From contig JBBPEB010000014.1 of NCBI GenBank assembly GCA_039096225.1, positions 1,054,001-1,118,000 of the forward strand: a DNA stretch of 64,000 nt. Direction: 5' to 3'. The position numbers and the translations under genes are program-made. The notes under the pieces were generated by a model. The model was not told where the DNA came from. It saw only the letters and a list, made by a program, of their open reading frames with translations, and made no database searches. The stretch comes from Blastocystis sp. Blastoise. Its lineage: Eukaryota > Protista > Bigyra: Opalinata. This document shows, piece after piece, positions 1 to 17,415 of this stretch; position 1 is the first letter of the stretch, and the number at the start of each line of letters is the position of its first letter.

Positions 1-2693
1 TATTCTTTGTATAAATTTCAGCACGTAATGTCATTTCATTATATACACAATATTGTTGAACATAATAACCATCAGTATTACAAGTAGATTCAATCATATT
101 ATTCAAAGGAATTTCTACTGAGCTCATAGTATTACTATCACCTCCAGAAAGAGATGAACATATAGGACGACTATATATACGAACAACTTTTTGGCCAATA
201 GTACATACGAAAGGAGTATAAGAAGAAATACTAAAAGCAAATTGATATAAAGCATTTCCAGAAACAAGAGAAATATCAATAGTGTTACTACCATGTGGAA
301 TAACAACATTATTTAAGGTACAAACAACTTCAGTATCTACATTAACAATATTATCTTTAGAAGGAATATTTAAAGTACTTCCTTGAGTTGTAACATAAGC
401 ATCAGCCATATTAACGTTCTTAGTAACAGTAAGCATATAAGTAGAACTTACACCAGAATAATATTCAGCAGTAGTAGCACTAGGAACAGAGGTAACAGTA
501 GCATAGAAAGTGAATGCAGCATCATTAGGATTAGCAGCTCTTCCAGTAACACCAGCAGTATAGGAAGTAGCAGTAGAATCTAAAATAAATCCATAATCAG
601 CACAATTAACAACAGTCTTAGTAACACCAGAATCAGTAGAAGTATAACAAGAAAGAGAATATGTATTAATAACAGTACAAGCAGCAGGAGTAGAATCTGA
701 CATATCAGTACAAAGGAATTTGAAATCATAATTTTGTCCTTCCATAACAGTAACTCCAGCAGCAGGAATATCATTACCAGTACTATCAGAAACAGTAAAA
801 GCAGCAGGTTGAACAATAAAAATATCAAAATTATAAGTACATAAAGTAGAACTAAGAAGATCATGACGATCTATACTATCATTATTAATAACAGCATATT
901 TGGAACCTTCATAACTTGCATAAACTCTTTCAGTAGGAAGATCACCACCATAATAAGAAGAATCATCAACAATACGTATATACATCATAGAAGGATGAAC
1001 TTGAGTGACTACAGAGTCAGTATAGACATCAGTATAAGTAATAGCTTCAACAGAATTACTAGTAGACCAAGCAGTACAAGAAGCATATTGATAAACACCA
1101 GCAGAAGTAGTAGCAACAGGATAAGAACGTAAACGAATTTCATAAGTTTGTTTATTTTGTAAGCATAAGAAAACTCTAAAGAAAGGATCAAAACGTTTAG
1201 AAGCAAAACTAGCTAAACCAAAATAAGAATTCTTTAATGTTACTTCATTATTAATAACATCTTTAGTATAAATTTCAAAACCTTCAGAACCACCAGAAAC
1301 AGTAGCTAATTTATCGAAAATAACAACACGTTCTTCAGATTGACAAATCATAGGACCAATATCAACATTAATAGTAGCAGATTGAGAAATAGAATTAACA
1401 TTACCAGATTCAGTGTAAGTAGCAGTAAAACCGAAATCACCAACAATATATCCAGTAAGACTCTTACTAGTATCACTAGTAACAGTTTGAGATAAGACAG
1501 AAATAGTAAGATAAGAATCAGTATTCCATGAAATAGCAGTTAATACATTACCATTAGTATCAACAGTAGACATTTCTAATTGATATTGAGAAGAAGAAGC
1601 TTCTAAGCAAACAGCATATTCAGCTACAACATTAGAAACACCAGGACCACCACGTAATAAATGAGAAGTCCAATCATCAGTAGATAATTTAGTTGAACCA
1701 ACAACATTACCATTAACAGATAAAGTGAAAACTTCATAATTAGAAGAAGTAGAATAGACTCTAGTAAAAATAACAGGATATTGAGCAGGTACAGCACTTT
1801 CATCACACTTAAATCTAGAAATAGTAAATCTAGATGAAATAGTACTTGAATCAGCACCATTCTTAATAGTTACATCAACAGATTCACTACCTTGTAAATC
1901 GATAGTACCTCCAAAAAGTAATTGATTGGTATTGAAAGAAAGACCAATATCTTGATCATTTTCAACATGATAATAAACACTCTTAAGATAAGGAGAAGTC
2001 ATATCATCATTATTAATGGGTACACTAAAAGCATCAGAATCTTGTAATGTAACACTAATTTCAGGACGAATAACAGAACTTGAATAATAATCAATGTAAA
2101 CTTTTGAATCACCAACTCTATTTGTATTAATAGTAGCAAGAGGTTGATTATCCATAACAGCACGTTCAGAGAAGAAATAAGTACTACCACTTTGAGAATA
2201 ACAACGAACAGTATAATAAACTTGATTAACAGTATCATATAATTGGAAACAAGCACCACGAACATAAGTATCAATTCTTATATATAAAGCAACAACTGTG
2301 TAATAATCACTTAATGTTTTTTGCATACATAATCTTGCACTAGCAGTACCAGCATTAATTTGTTCATGAGTATAAGTAAATTCAGTTGGGCAACTAGTAG
2401 CTATACCACTCGCACCATTCGTATCGGGTAATTTACAAAAATTACTTGAACTTAATCTACCATTATCTCCATAATATTGTAAAGTAACTTTCAAATATTG
2501 ACTATCACTGTTATAATAGCCAACAAGTGGTCCAGTGACACTCAGGGTAATATCGTTAAAAAATGTAGAATCGCAATAAGCTATACACATTAAAATTTAA
2601 AAATAATAATTGATACAATAAATAGAAATATATATATATACGCTCTTGAGAGACAACTAAGATAGCAAAGAATAAAAAGAAATAGGCTTTCAT
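1..2693 (-). CDS. Large secreted/surface protein (signal peptide; Thr/Ser/Cys-rich); 3' end runs off the window
   Basis: ATG at 2693 gives MKAYFFLFFAILVVSQE. After a GT-AG intron (2581-2641) the frame reads PYCDSTFFNDITLSVTG... and near the window edge ...QQYCVYNEMTLRAEIYTKN, with strong NNT codon bias. Absent from the ORF track, consistent with no stop inside the window. Confidence 0.8.
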
Positions 2694-3479
2694 CCTTAGC
2701 AACGATAAATAAGATATTAAAAATAAATACTAAATTTACGACACCTATGTTTTTCTTTTTTCAATAAAAGAAGAAAAATACAGATAGAAGTATAGTTATT
2801 GAGATTGGTTTATATTTATCATTCAGAAATTTGACCTTTATTCTGAATCACTTTGCATACAAAAGAGACTTCAACTCGAGATGTTTGGTATTATTGGTCA
2901 AATTTTCGAAATAAGCCAATCACGTTGCACTCCAAACGCGAGTTTATTTTTTTTCTATAAATATTTTTATTCCAGACAAAAAGTCATTTAAAAATTCCCA
3001 CGAATAAGAATAATAAGCGCCTCAAAATTAAATTGTAGAATAGCAACCAAGTAACTATTTGTTTTTGTTTAGAAAACACAGTTTTTTATATTAATAGTTT
3101 TTCATGTAAGTTTTTTTTAATGATGTATGAAAGATAGATTGATTATTTAGGCATAACAGTTCAAACAGGTCTTTTCATTGTGTCATTATTTACAATAATT
3201 TGTTTATTCGATTGATCAACGCATAATAAATCAATTATATATTGTTTGAGTGTATATATATTCCATGTTTCAGTATATAAGTATCATTTTTGGTTAAACA
3301 AATATCATTAGTCAATTAACATGAAGGTTTTGTATTATAAATTATAGTAAATCAATAAAAATTTAATGAAGATTAAGAAAAAACGCAGACACTTTTCAAT
3401 TTTGAAAAAAAAAGAATTGATAATGTTAACTATAAGATACAATTGTATATATTAACAACAGAAAAATGATGATAATAAA

Positions 3480-6282
3480 TTAAGAAAATTGATATTCTTC
3501 TTTAAAGTTTGTTATAAATTCTTCAGCTTCAGATATATACTCCATTTCATCTTTTATAGTATCTGATACTCTTGTAGATATATAATGTAGAATATCAAGT
3601 TTATTTCGTCCATATAATATAGAACTCATTGAATTCGAGAGAATAGATGGAATTGCATATGTTGTAAAAACAGGAATAGATGAAGACTAAAAAAAATATG
3701 AAATATGTTATATATATTTGGTTCACAGTATAATAATAGTATTTATTGAATATATTGAAAATATATATATGTATATATACAGTAATAGATTCAAGTGGAT
3801 TTTCTTTTGGTATATTGATATTTGTATCATAATAAGTAACGAGAATTAATGAAAATAATATGAGAATATAGAATATAATATAGAATGAAAAATAAAAGAT
3901 ATTTTTTATTTATTGAATCAATTTGATTAAAGAATATATCTTTTGATGAAATAGAATAAATGGACATCTATAACATATGTTTATATTTTATATATTTTAT
4001 ATATTTTATATAATTATATATATTATATATATTTTATATATTTTATACATTTTATATATATTATATATTATATATACAGATCTATGTGGATTTTGAATTT
4101 GATTATATGTTGAAAAAGGGATAGTATAAGGTCTATAGAATATATATATATATATTACAAAGATACAATATATGATTACTATTCAATAATAGTTTTAAAA
4201 AAATGAATAGATTAAAATGAATACATTATAGAATATAAAAATGCATTCTTTATTATACTAATATACTTTTCTTCATTATAATAATATGGAGGAATACTTA
4301 GTGAAACATCTATATATATATATATATATATATAATAAAGAAATAATAAATATATATACCTATAAACTTCTTATATTGATTATATTGCATGACTCTTGTC
4401 CAATCATGTAAAGTATGTTTATTGGAACCATAACGATACCTATAATATAGATATCCATTATGATATATAGTACATATAAAGAATAAATATAGAGTAAAAT
4501 CAGTACAGAAAAGGCCTGCCAGTATGAATAGATAAAGAGGCATAATGAAATGATATACATAAAACAATTAACATAATATATGAAAGAAAACAAATATATG
4601 CATATATAATAACAATATACGAAATACAATAAAATAAAGAATATAGAATGGAAAAATATTATATCTATCATAATATAATGAAAAGAATAATATATATAAT
4701 ACGGTATAGTTAGATTATTGAGAATAAGTGATGATAGGAATGTTGATGTATATAGAGGATCATATAATGGGGACATATAACAAGAAGGAGTACATGACAA
4801 ACTAGAATTATAGTAGAATATAGACATATAAATAAATATGTAACAATAAAAAAAAGAATTTCATTATATAAGAATAAAGAAATAAAAGTTGATGAATAGA
4901 CTATATATATGTATGGAGATATAGAATATACTTACTCTATAGGTATACAGATATCACTTGATAGAGACATTTGATATAATGACATATATCGATTCATAAT
5001 AAGATCATCCATACTCGATTCTTTCTAATTATATATTATACATATATAACACTTAAACATAGAAAAACAAATCAAATACATATTTATTTATATATATATA
5101 CAATCTTTCTATATAAAACTATTTATAATTATATATATATACTCGTAGTTCATAACTATATACTCCTTGACTATCATAAATTCCCATAGTGATCATAGAG
5201 CATTTTCCTATTTCTCCTCTTGTTTCTTCTAGATACTTCTCAACAAATCCACCCCAACCACCGTCTGTATCTATTAATACTTGTATACATGAAACAGAAT
5301 CACATCTCTCTAATTCTTGACGCATTCCTTCAAAATATATATCAAATTGAGTATCCTAAATAGAGGATTATTATTATAGTTATTATATTATTATATTATT
5401 ATATTTATTATATTTATTATATTATTATTGATTTATATATTATATTTATTATATTTATTATATTTATTATATTTATTATATTATTATATTATTATTAGAA
5501 GAAGAAAAAGTAGAAATATAATCATATTATATTCAAACTTAGAACAAAAAATATATATATAATCTTAAAATAATATATTAATAATAATATTTTTATAAAA
5601 TACAGATATTAACGTTTTTCCTTGTAAATAACTCTGTAGAGGATTGATTGAAGTATAGGGATATATTTCGTAAATAGATCGCGGATTATAAGAACTGAAA
5701 AAAATATCGGACCAATGCTGATACTAAAAAAAATATATAATTATATATATAACACATATATTTGAAAAAAAAAAATTTACTTTACCTAGATAAATTATTT
5801 TCATTTCAATAATTTAAGGATAGTTAGAAACAAAATTGTATATAATAAAATGTGATAATAAGCACACACATACTTTTCTAAAAAGAACAAAACAGATACA
5901 TCATAAAATAATATTTAAAAAACATACATTTTGTTGTATTTTAATAACTTTTGTCATTCCATTCCTACATAATTGAATTCAACTTTAATATAGATGTCAA
6001 AAAACAAAAATACCATGAATCTTCTTTTTCATTTTCCTCTTTTAGTATTTGGATTGCTCCAGTTGTTGTATTAACAGATCCATAGCAACCTTTTTCTTCA
6101 AATGATATTGCTCGAGGATAATAAATTCCTGATGAAACTTCACTTACCAATATATTATTATTTATATTTGTTGAATCAGATTCTCCTAAATACTTTTGAA
6201 GTTGTACATCCTGTAAATTCCAATAGTTAGCACCTACCCAATTAGCTTTATTACCAAATTGAACAGTTATAACTTCACCCAT
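3480..6282 (-). CDS. MSTO1: Misato/DML1 tubulin-like protein (multi-exon)
   Basis: N-terminus MGEVITVQFGNKANWVGANYWNLQD matches Misato segment II. Internal MRQELERCDSVSCIQVLIDTDGGWGGF. Exons splice in phase to ...FKEEYQFS* (TAA 3480-3482). Confidence 0.88.
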
Positions 6283-6627
6283 TTTTAAAATAGAAAAAAT
6301 AAATATTTTTTTAAAAAATAATAATTGTGTATATCTTCTTGATGAAAGTGAAGAAAATATTTAAAAATTCAGGGATATATATATTTATAAACATATATTT
6401 CGTGAATCTTGTTTTTAATAAGTTCTTATGAACGATGAATCATATCAACAACAACAATTGAAGAAAACAACACAATTTGATGTTTTTTATAAATGTATAC
6501 TTAAGTTTCAAGATTAAAATTGGAAAAAAAGATGAAAAGTAAAAAGAGTTAATGATCTAAGATAAAATGATCTTTAAAATAAAAAGATAGAATAATATAT
6601 ATATATTTTTAATAAGTTAGTCAGTGG

Positions 6628-8249
<1,622 letters not shown>

Positions 8250-8907
8250 TTATCTATAGCCAAGTCACTTTTAAATTACAACTTTAGAAAACCTCCTTTC
8301 TTTTCTGTTAAAAAACTAGGAATAATTACTAACATGACACTGAAATTTCAAAAATAATCATTTATTTGCTCTTTTCTTTTTTTATTAATATTTAAAAGAA
8401 TATTAATTATTTCCTTTTATAATCATATAATCTCAGTCGTAATTAATATGACAGAATGATCATCTTCATATCCTATTGGAAACTCATTGATGATGGAATG
8501 ATAATTAACTTTATTGCTTTTCACCACTTTCTAATGTGTTAAGTTGTTTTGAATATACAAATTTAAGATAGTAAAAATAATAAAACTCACTTAATATGAA
8601 CATTTAGTACTCACAAAGTAATATATTTGTTGTGATAACGATATACTTCGTATAATGTAGTACTACTTGTCTATATTGCTACGTAATATTTTTTACTATC
8701 AAGTATAAGAACAAAAAAGAATGTATATGACTATATGTAAGGGTGAGATATTGTATAAAAACAATTTTAAAAAATAAATAATATATATATTATAAATTAC
8801 AAGTATGAGTTTAAACAACAAATAATAATAATAACGAATATGTGTAAATTGAAAAAAAAATAAAGTATATATAAAGTACATCAGAGATTGAATGATTATT
8901 TATAAAA

Positions 8908-9917
8908 TCAAAGTGAACAATATGAAGATTTAAGTAGTAACGGAGGAATACGTAAACACCACTATATATATATAATTATTATGATTATTATTATTATTAT
9001 GATTATGATTATGATTATGATTATGATTATGATTATGATTATGATTATGATTATTATGATTATGATTATGATTATTATGATTATTATGATTATTATGATT
9101 ATTATGATTATTATGATTATTATTTTTATATACAGAAGGAGGGGTTGCAAAGCTAGCACATAGTTCACTATAGAATACTTCATGTCGTGACATCAATTTC
9201 CCTTCTAAGAAAGTAGCAGGATATCTAATCTTATCTTGAGAGAGGAGAGAGGGAAGCACCACGGATGCTTGACGTATCTCTTCCTTTAATAACTATATAT
9301 ATTGATTAATAATGTTTTATTATATATATATATATATATATATCTTTTAACAATAAATATATATATAACAAAAATAATATGTCTACATATATAATATGCT
9401 AAACACAATAAAATATACTTTTTCTCCTTGTCCTGAATGTACACATGTATATATATCATTAAATAAAACATTAGAACCATCAGTACATAACTCCAAATTC
9501 TCAAAAATATATCGATTATAACTATATCAGTATATATATTTAGTATATTCTTAAATATAATAAAAAACAACTATTTTTATTACAAAAGAAAAAAATATTT
9601 CAATTACAAAACAAATAATAACAATATATATAATAATATTCAATAAAAGAATGAATAGAGAATATACCTAATGACACATCGTGTGACGCTCCATCGTATC
9701 TTTGGATCTATATATAAATGATTAACACAGGACAAGACCATATTTAGTTGGCAAGTTAATAATCCTGAAGAACAAATAAGATCATTATTTATAGATAAGG
9801 ATACACCTCCTACTGGATGTATTGTCATATTATAATATGTAGATCTATATATAAATGTATATATATATTATATTATATTTATTTAATAGAAGAAGAAGAA
9901 TACAGTAGATACATAAA

Positions 9918-9971
<54 letters not shown>

Positions 9972-12394
9972 TATATATAAACAACACATATAAACAATAC
10001 AAATATTAAAAACAATTAATATATATATATACTTTTCTTTCTTCATTATCCATGTTAATTGGTTTACAATGAAATTATTTGAGGATTCACAATTATTATG
10101 TGTATATATATCGATTTGAAGTGTTTTTCGTCGAGAAGATGTTAAGAATTGTTTCATATAATCATGATTACAATCTTTACATGTTGATTCAATTCCTGCA
10201 ATTCTCTGAGGCCCGCCACAAATAGTTGGCGGTAAACCATGTATATAATTACATATTCCATATAAAATCGACTTCTCTGAAGCAATATTAGTATATGTAT
10301 TAATAGATATTAAAGGTGGAGGTATAATAGTTGTACTATATATATAATAAGTTTGTTCATATAATTTAGTTATATATGCATCATGATCAAATGAATAAAC
10401 ACAAAATTTTAATGATTTCTGAGTTTCTTGTATATATATAGAATTCAAACAAGCTACTATAATGGAATGTATATGTTGCGTATTGTCTTTCTTTAATAAT
10501 TTCATAACACATATAGAATATTGAATTTTTTGTGAATCTCCTTGTATTTCTTTCAATCCACACATATAAGCATATACTTTATGACATCGGTTATTCTTCT
10601 CAATTTCACAAAGTCGACTACTTGTCTTTGTATTAATATCTAATCCACCAAAAGGAAGGAATTGAACTTCTAATGAATTATATATAATATTCATAACAGT
10701 AGAAGACATATAACTTAAAAACCATAAAGAAGACACAATTTCAATATCAAAATAAATATAAATAGTTGAGATTGAATGAGGAACAAGGAATTCATAATAA
10801 GATGATAAATGTAATTGTCTTATATAACTATCATATCTCCAGGATTCCATTCTATTTTCTAAATTATCATAATCATATATCTTATGAATATTTTCACTAT
10901 ATACAGAATAAAGATGACTTGTTATCTTTAATTTAATATTTTGTGATGGACTTTCAATTGTTTTATTTTCTGGATCCATAAACATAGTTAATGAACTTAA
11001 TCGATATATATTTTCATTCATGAACATTTTATTATTCATATAAATACTTGTATGACGATTACCTTTATTTATTTTATTATTCATATTTGTAAATATATCT
11101 GAAGAATAAATACGATTATTATTATTATTTAAATATAACGTATAAGTAACTTCAGTATTTTCAGTTTTATTCGGTAAATATATAGGTCCTCGCAAACTAT
11201 TATGTTTATAGACAGAAGATGCATAATGTATTTTTCTTTGTTTATGAGAACTACTTAATGTAGATTCTCTATCTAAAAGCGGACTTATATAATCATTATC
11301 TTCAATATTTGTATTATATCTCTTTCGTTTAAACATACCTAACACACTTGAAATAGATTTCTTATGATTTTTATTCGTATTTTCAGGATTAATAGTAATA
11401 GATTTAGTCGTCGTAGGAATAGAAGATAAAGTAGATTTTACGTGAATAAAAGAAAGTTTACTTTTATCATTAGAATCTAAATTAATATCAATTTCTTTTC
11501 CTTTATCAGTAGTACTTTTCTTTGTTCTAGAATGCTTCTTCTTTTTATGTAAATTAGAATGCTTACGTTGACGATCTTCTTTATATATATCCTCTTTATC
11601 CTCATTAATCATAGATTCATCATTATATACTTCTGTCTTTTTATTTTCTTCTTCTGCAAATTCAGGGCTTTCTTCTTCTTCAACATCAACATGTTTATAT
11701 GATATACTTTTCTTTATATTCATATTTTTAATTGTATCATCATTCTCTTGTTGATTCGAATTTTCTTTTCGAATTTCATTAAATAATTCTTCTTTTAAAG
11801 AATTTACAGTATCACTATAAAGTATTTCTTTATTCTTCTTATTCGATTGATTTACTAATATACATCTAGGATCTTGTTGATTCTCTATATCTAAACAATC
11901 AATCTTTTTAGATTTATTTGTTCTTCTCTTCTTCTTCTTCTTCTTCTTCTTTTCTGTAGTGTCTATAACAACAGATTCATCATTTGTAGTATTATTTTCT
12001 TCATCTATTATTCTAGATGTATTCTTATCATTAATACTTTCTTCATTATTATAATGCAGAGTATCAGAAGAAGATTGAATAGAAGTGTCATCTACTGTAT
12101 TTATACTTGGAGAATTATTAGTATTTGTATTTATAGTAGTTGATCTATATAAATTACTTTGTGAATCACTAAGTGATGATCCATTAGGAATATAGGAATT
12201 GCCACTAGAAGAAGAAGTTGTTGATGACGAAGATGATGATAATTTAAATGGATTAATATGATATGATTGACTATTATCATTTATATTATCAGTAGCAGGT
12301 ATTTCATTAAAATTATTATGACTTATATTATTATTTATACTACTTTGTTCATTATTCATATTATTCTCATTTGTATAAACTGTTGATCCTATAA

Positions 12395-12476
<82 letters not shown>

Positions 12477-15400
12477 TGAGATATTATTATTATTATTATT
12501 TGAGATATTATTATTAGTAGTAGTAGTTGTTGTTGTTGTTGTAGCAGGAATACTAGTATCACTTTCTTGAGTAGAAGTAGAAGTAGATAAAGAAGAAATA
12601 GTAGAAGGAATACGAGATTTAGGTTTATATCTTTTTTTTGAAGATCTCTTCTTTCTTGATACATTCTGTTTTAGTGCTATACATTTAGGATGACGACGAT
12701 ATTGAAATAATGAACAATTTATACCCCCTGTATTCATTTGTGTATCTTCATCATCATCATTAGTATCAGTGTCTAATGGTGTTTCAACTGGACTAGATGA
12801 CGATTGTATATTCTGATTTGATAATAATGTTGATGAAGAAGAAAGTTCTGTTCCTATTGTTTCTCCTTTAATATTGGTATCAATAATTGCTGAATTCCTA
12901 TTATTTATATTATTTACATTATTTATATTATTTATATTATTTATATTATTTATATTATTTATATTATGATCAATATTTAGAGTATTATCATTGTTTTCTG
13001 ATTGATGTTGAAGAAGAGAAGTTTGAGATTGTATATGACTTTCTGTAGGAGAAGAAGCAGTCATAGACTGACGAGATACAGGAATAGCCATATTCCTAAT
13101 AAATCGATTCTGTCTTATATTTGCATGTTTATATTTACTTGATTTTGAAGATTCTTCATTATTGTCATCATTATCATTATTATTATTGGTATTATTATCA
13201 TCATTATCATCATTGGCAGAAGTATTTTCATTATTAGTCATAAAAGAGGGTAATTGGTCCTTTATTGCTGGATCTTCTAGATGTTCATCATTATTATTAT
13301 TCTCTATAGAATTTAATGGATCTGCAAATGTAGATAATGAATCACCATCATCATCTGTACTCATTGGATCTATTCTTGTCTTAGTATTTGTTATAGGAGT
13401 ATTTAAAGGAGTATTTATAGGAGTATTTAAAGGAGTATTTAAAGGAGTATTTAAAGGAGTATTTAAAGGAGTATTTAAAGGATTATTCATAGGATTATTC
13501 ATAGGATTATTCATAGGATTATTCATAGGATTATTCATAGGATTATTCATAGTATTCATAGTATTCATAGTATTCATATTATTCATAGGATTAGGGTTAA
13601 CTGCAGTATTTATAGATGGGTTTGTAAATGATGATTGACGGAATACAATAGGATTCTTTCGACTACTAAATATAACACGTCTATTTGTTGAACCCAAAGA
13701 CTTTAAGGTTTTTATACTAGTAAATGGAGATGAAGGATCTGTATTTGGATCCATAACAGGATTCGCATTTAAGCCATTCACTAATTTACTTGCTTCACTA
13801 CGATCTACATGCATAAAGTTAATATTATTATTCATATTATTATTCATATTATTATTCATATTATTCATAACATTCATATTATTATTCATATTATTATTCA
13901 TATTATTCATATTATTATTCATATTATTATTCATATTATTCATATTATTATTCATATTATTATTCATATTACTAAATGAAGAAGAAAGACCGTTATTATT
14001 TTGTATTCCATTTTCATTAATTATATTATTATCTATATTTCCTTGTGATATTCCTGTAGAAGTATTTATACTACTTATTCCATCTTTATGAAGTAATTCT
14101 TCATCACGAAGAGAATCTTCAGAAACAATATCATGTCCTATATTATCTTCTTCATCTCCTTCTTCTTCTCCTTCTGAATTATTATCTTCATTTCTCTCAT
14201 TATCAATATCTTCATCTTTAGTTGGTGATCGTATTTTTAATGATACTTTTGACTTATCAGAAGTAGTGATACTTATTCTATTCTGTTTCGACACAGATTC
14301 TCTATTATTTTTATTCATTTTTGTCTTTTTAAGTTTTTGATTTTTTAATGAAGATTTTCTTTTCCTAGGTAGAACTTCTTCCTCTTCTTCCTCTTCTTCT
14401 TCTTGTTCCTCTTCTTCATCAATTCGATGTTTATTAACATTCTTTTTAGAACGAGATAAAGGTGTTCTTTTAGTTTTCTTCTTTATAATCTCTTCTTCTT
14501 CTTCTTCTTCTAAAGATTTATTATTCTTATTTTTTTCTTCATCTTCTTCATTCTTTTCTTCTTCTTTTTCTTCTGTACTATTCTTTATACTCTTCTTTTT
14601 CTTCTTCTTTGGTTTCTCTATAGAATCATTTGTTATATCCATATTTTCAATTTTTTGTTTCTCTTCAAGAGCTTCTTCTTTCTCTTCATCCTCACTCTCA
14701 GCTTTCTTTAAACCTTCAGAATTATTATTATTATCATTATTATTATTATTTAATAGATTTAATCGTAAATCTTGACCTGTAGCTACTTGTGTATTATCTG
14801 GACTATTACTCATATCATCATTATCATCTTCATCTTCATTCTTATTGTCACCTATAGGCAAACTATGAATATCTTCAACTTGTTGTAAATGTAAAATCTC
14901 TTCTTTTTCTTGTTCTTTTCCTTCTGAGAAATGATTATCTTCCATATTAACATCTTTTGCTCCTAATCTTAATAATAAAGTATTTCCTTCTTTAGATGGA
15001 ATTCTATTCTTTTCTACTTTTGAACTTTCTTTAGAATCTAAAGTATCTTCTTTCTTTGTAGTTTTTTTAGAGACTCTTTTTGATTTTCTTTTCTTTCTCT
15101 TTCCTTCTTCTTCTTCTTCATCATCATCATCATCATCACTATTAATTCGTTCAATAACTAAAGAATCTGAAATATATTTATTTTCTGTATTCAAGGGATC
15201 ATCTTCTCCCTTGGATTCCATATTCATAGAATTATCTTTATTATTATTATCATCATCATTATTATCATTATTATTATTGTCATCATTAGTGTCTCCTTCT
15301 CCTTCTTCAGAATTCTCCTTAGAAAAACTATTATTTAAGATATTCTCTTCTTGAACACTTTTCTCTGGCAATACTTTTGTATTTTCATTATTATTATTAT

Positions 15401-17415
15401 TAGAAGGTATGGTATTCATAGATTCATTCTTCTTCTTATGATTATCTGATACTTTAATAACAGGAGGATTCAAAAGAGGACGTTCGGCTAATTGAGATTT
15501 TGTCATTGGTATAAATGAATATAATCTATTAATAATATCAACACATAAGCCACCACAAGGTTGACGATTGATACGAACAGCAGGTATTTCAGAAGGAATA
15601 GTATTATATGTATTATTAGTATAGTACATCTGATCTATTAACAACTATATATATATGTAGTATTATATAGATGATAAAGTAAGGTTTAAAAACGTTTGTA
15701 GTAGCAAATAATATATATATAATAAAATCAAGAATAGTGTTGTAAATCAATATATATATATAAAGAAAAATACTTATAAATCTATAATATAATCAATAAT
15801 ATATAATATATATATAATATATATATATATAATATATACTTGTTTTCCTCTTGAAGTAATACATTCTAAAATGTCCTTTTCATATGAAGGAGAACACTTA
15901 GCTAACGATGCTTTGGTATATTCATCACTATATATATATATATATATGTTATCAATAATTATAGGTAAAGAATACACTAAAATGATTTATTTCATTATAA
16001 TTATATAGGATAATATTTATAAATTACATATATACATATAGAAATAGTATATTAATCAAAGGAAGAAATATAATAGATATATATATATATATATATATAC
16101 AATTGAATGCATTTAAGCATAGGAATATAGATTCGATAGTCCTCAATAACGTCAATAGTACATGCTTGTAGTTTATTTGCAATAATTTCATTAATACCAT
16201 TCTTAGCTATAATCTTCTTCTTTGGAGATAAATACATATTAAACCCTGTTATTACTTTCATATTCACTCTCTCTGCAAATCTATATATGTATATATAGAT
16301 ATATAATCAAAGAAAATTAATATGGTATGTATAATTACTAATAATAATATTACATATATTTTACTAATAAGAATATATATATATATATACTGAGGAAAAT
16401 TAATAAGTTCCGTTTCAATGATGTCAAAAAGTGAAATAGTATCTTCTAAATAAGAAGTTAAATATATTTCAACTAGAATCTAGATATATATATATTGTAA
16501 TACGTTATATATTAATAATAATATACTGTATCACTTAAAGATTGCGTTCTTCGTGGAGTTCTATCACTCAAAGAATTACAACACTATAATAATATAAATC
16601 AATTTTAACATATATATATATATACTTCTATAGATAGATCATTATAATCTTTGCAAAGTATGTTCAATAGGTCCATAAATGGATAATAAAAAAGCTTATT
16701 AGAATAAGTCACAGATATATTAGTATCTTGATTCAAAACTGATAATGACGATAAATGAAGTGACTAGAAAAAAAAATTAAAAAAAAAATTGAACAATATG
16801 AAAAAAAAAGAGATAAAAAAGTAAACAGAAAAAAAAAGTAAAACTTTGAAAAATAAAATACAGAGAGAGCTTTGTTTGTGCAATTATGTATATCATTGAT
16901 TTTTCTGTTTGTACCCAACAGTTCTACCAATTGAGATTGACTAAAAGAGAATAATGAATTATTAATGGGCCATTTAAAAGTAAAATAGTAGCTATCATAT
17001 AAAAATAATAGATAGATACGGTTCTTTGCATGTAAGCAGTAATTTTGATATACTTATTGCTTCAGAAAAAGGTATGTTTGACATTAGACACATTTGAGAT
17101 ACGGCTACAAAGCACTGGATTTTGTCTCCAATACATTCAAATGAGTCTGTAGCACCTGATGACTTATTCAAAAATGCATATTCATACGAGACAGCAAGAT
17201 TGTGTTTTTCACTATATAATAAAGTAATCAATAATATTAAATACGTTAGTTCATGAGTTTTCAAATAAAAGTCATTGATTTGATCGAGTGTTTCTGATTG
17301 AATTGACGGTATGTGGACAATTAAGTTTCGAAAAGCCTATAGATTTAGTCTATTCTTTAAGTATATATACTAGTATTTCTTCAACAAAAAGAAATAGCAG
17401 GTAATACCAAATCAT
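8908..17415 (-). CDS. Very large (>2200 aa) Asn/Glu/Lys/Ser-rich hypothetical protein, probably nuclear
   Basis: Small 5' exons from the ATG at 17415 splice in phase (GT-AG) into the ~5.6-kb exon (ORF 9879-15644), followed by further exons near 9670-9840, 9420-9520 and 9135-9290. The 3' end is uncertain. Many basic NLS-like runs. Confidence 0.7.
13390..13970 (-). repeat. Coding minisatellites: (PLNT)n, (PMNN)n, (MNNN)n
   Basis: 12-bp units aaaggagtattt and ataggattattc, and 9/12-bp ttattcata units, inside the large exon. Confidence 0.9.

Noticed and set aside
124-2274. Leu/Ile-rich and Ser-rich short ORFs in the track
   Set aside because: Off-frame or antisense shadows of the long minus-strand surface-protein exon.
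9190-9225. ATATCCT U12-like donor inside a 3' exon of the large gene
   Set aside because: No downstream AC or AG that I tried gives an open frame; probably coding sequence by chance.
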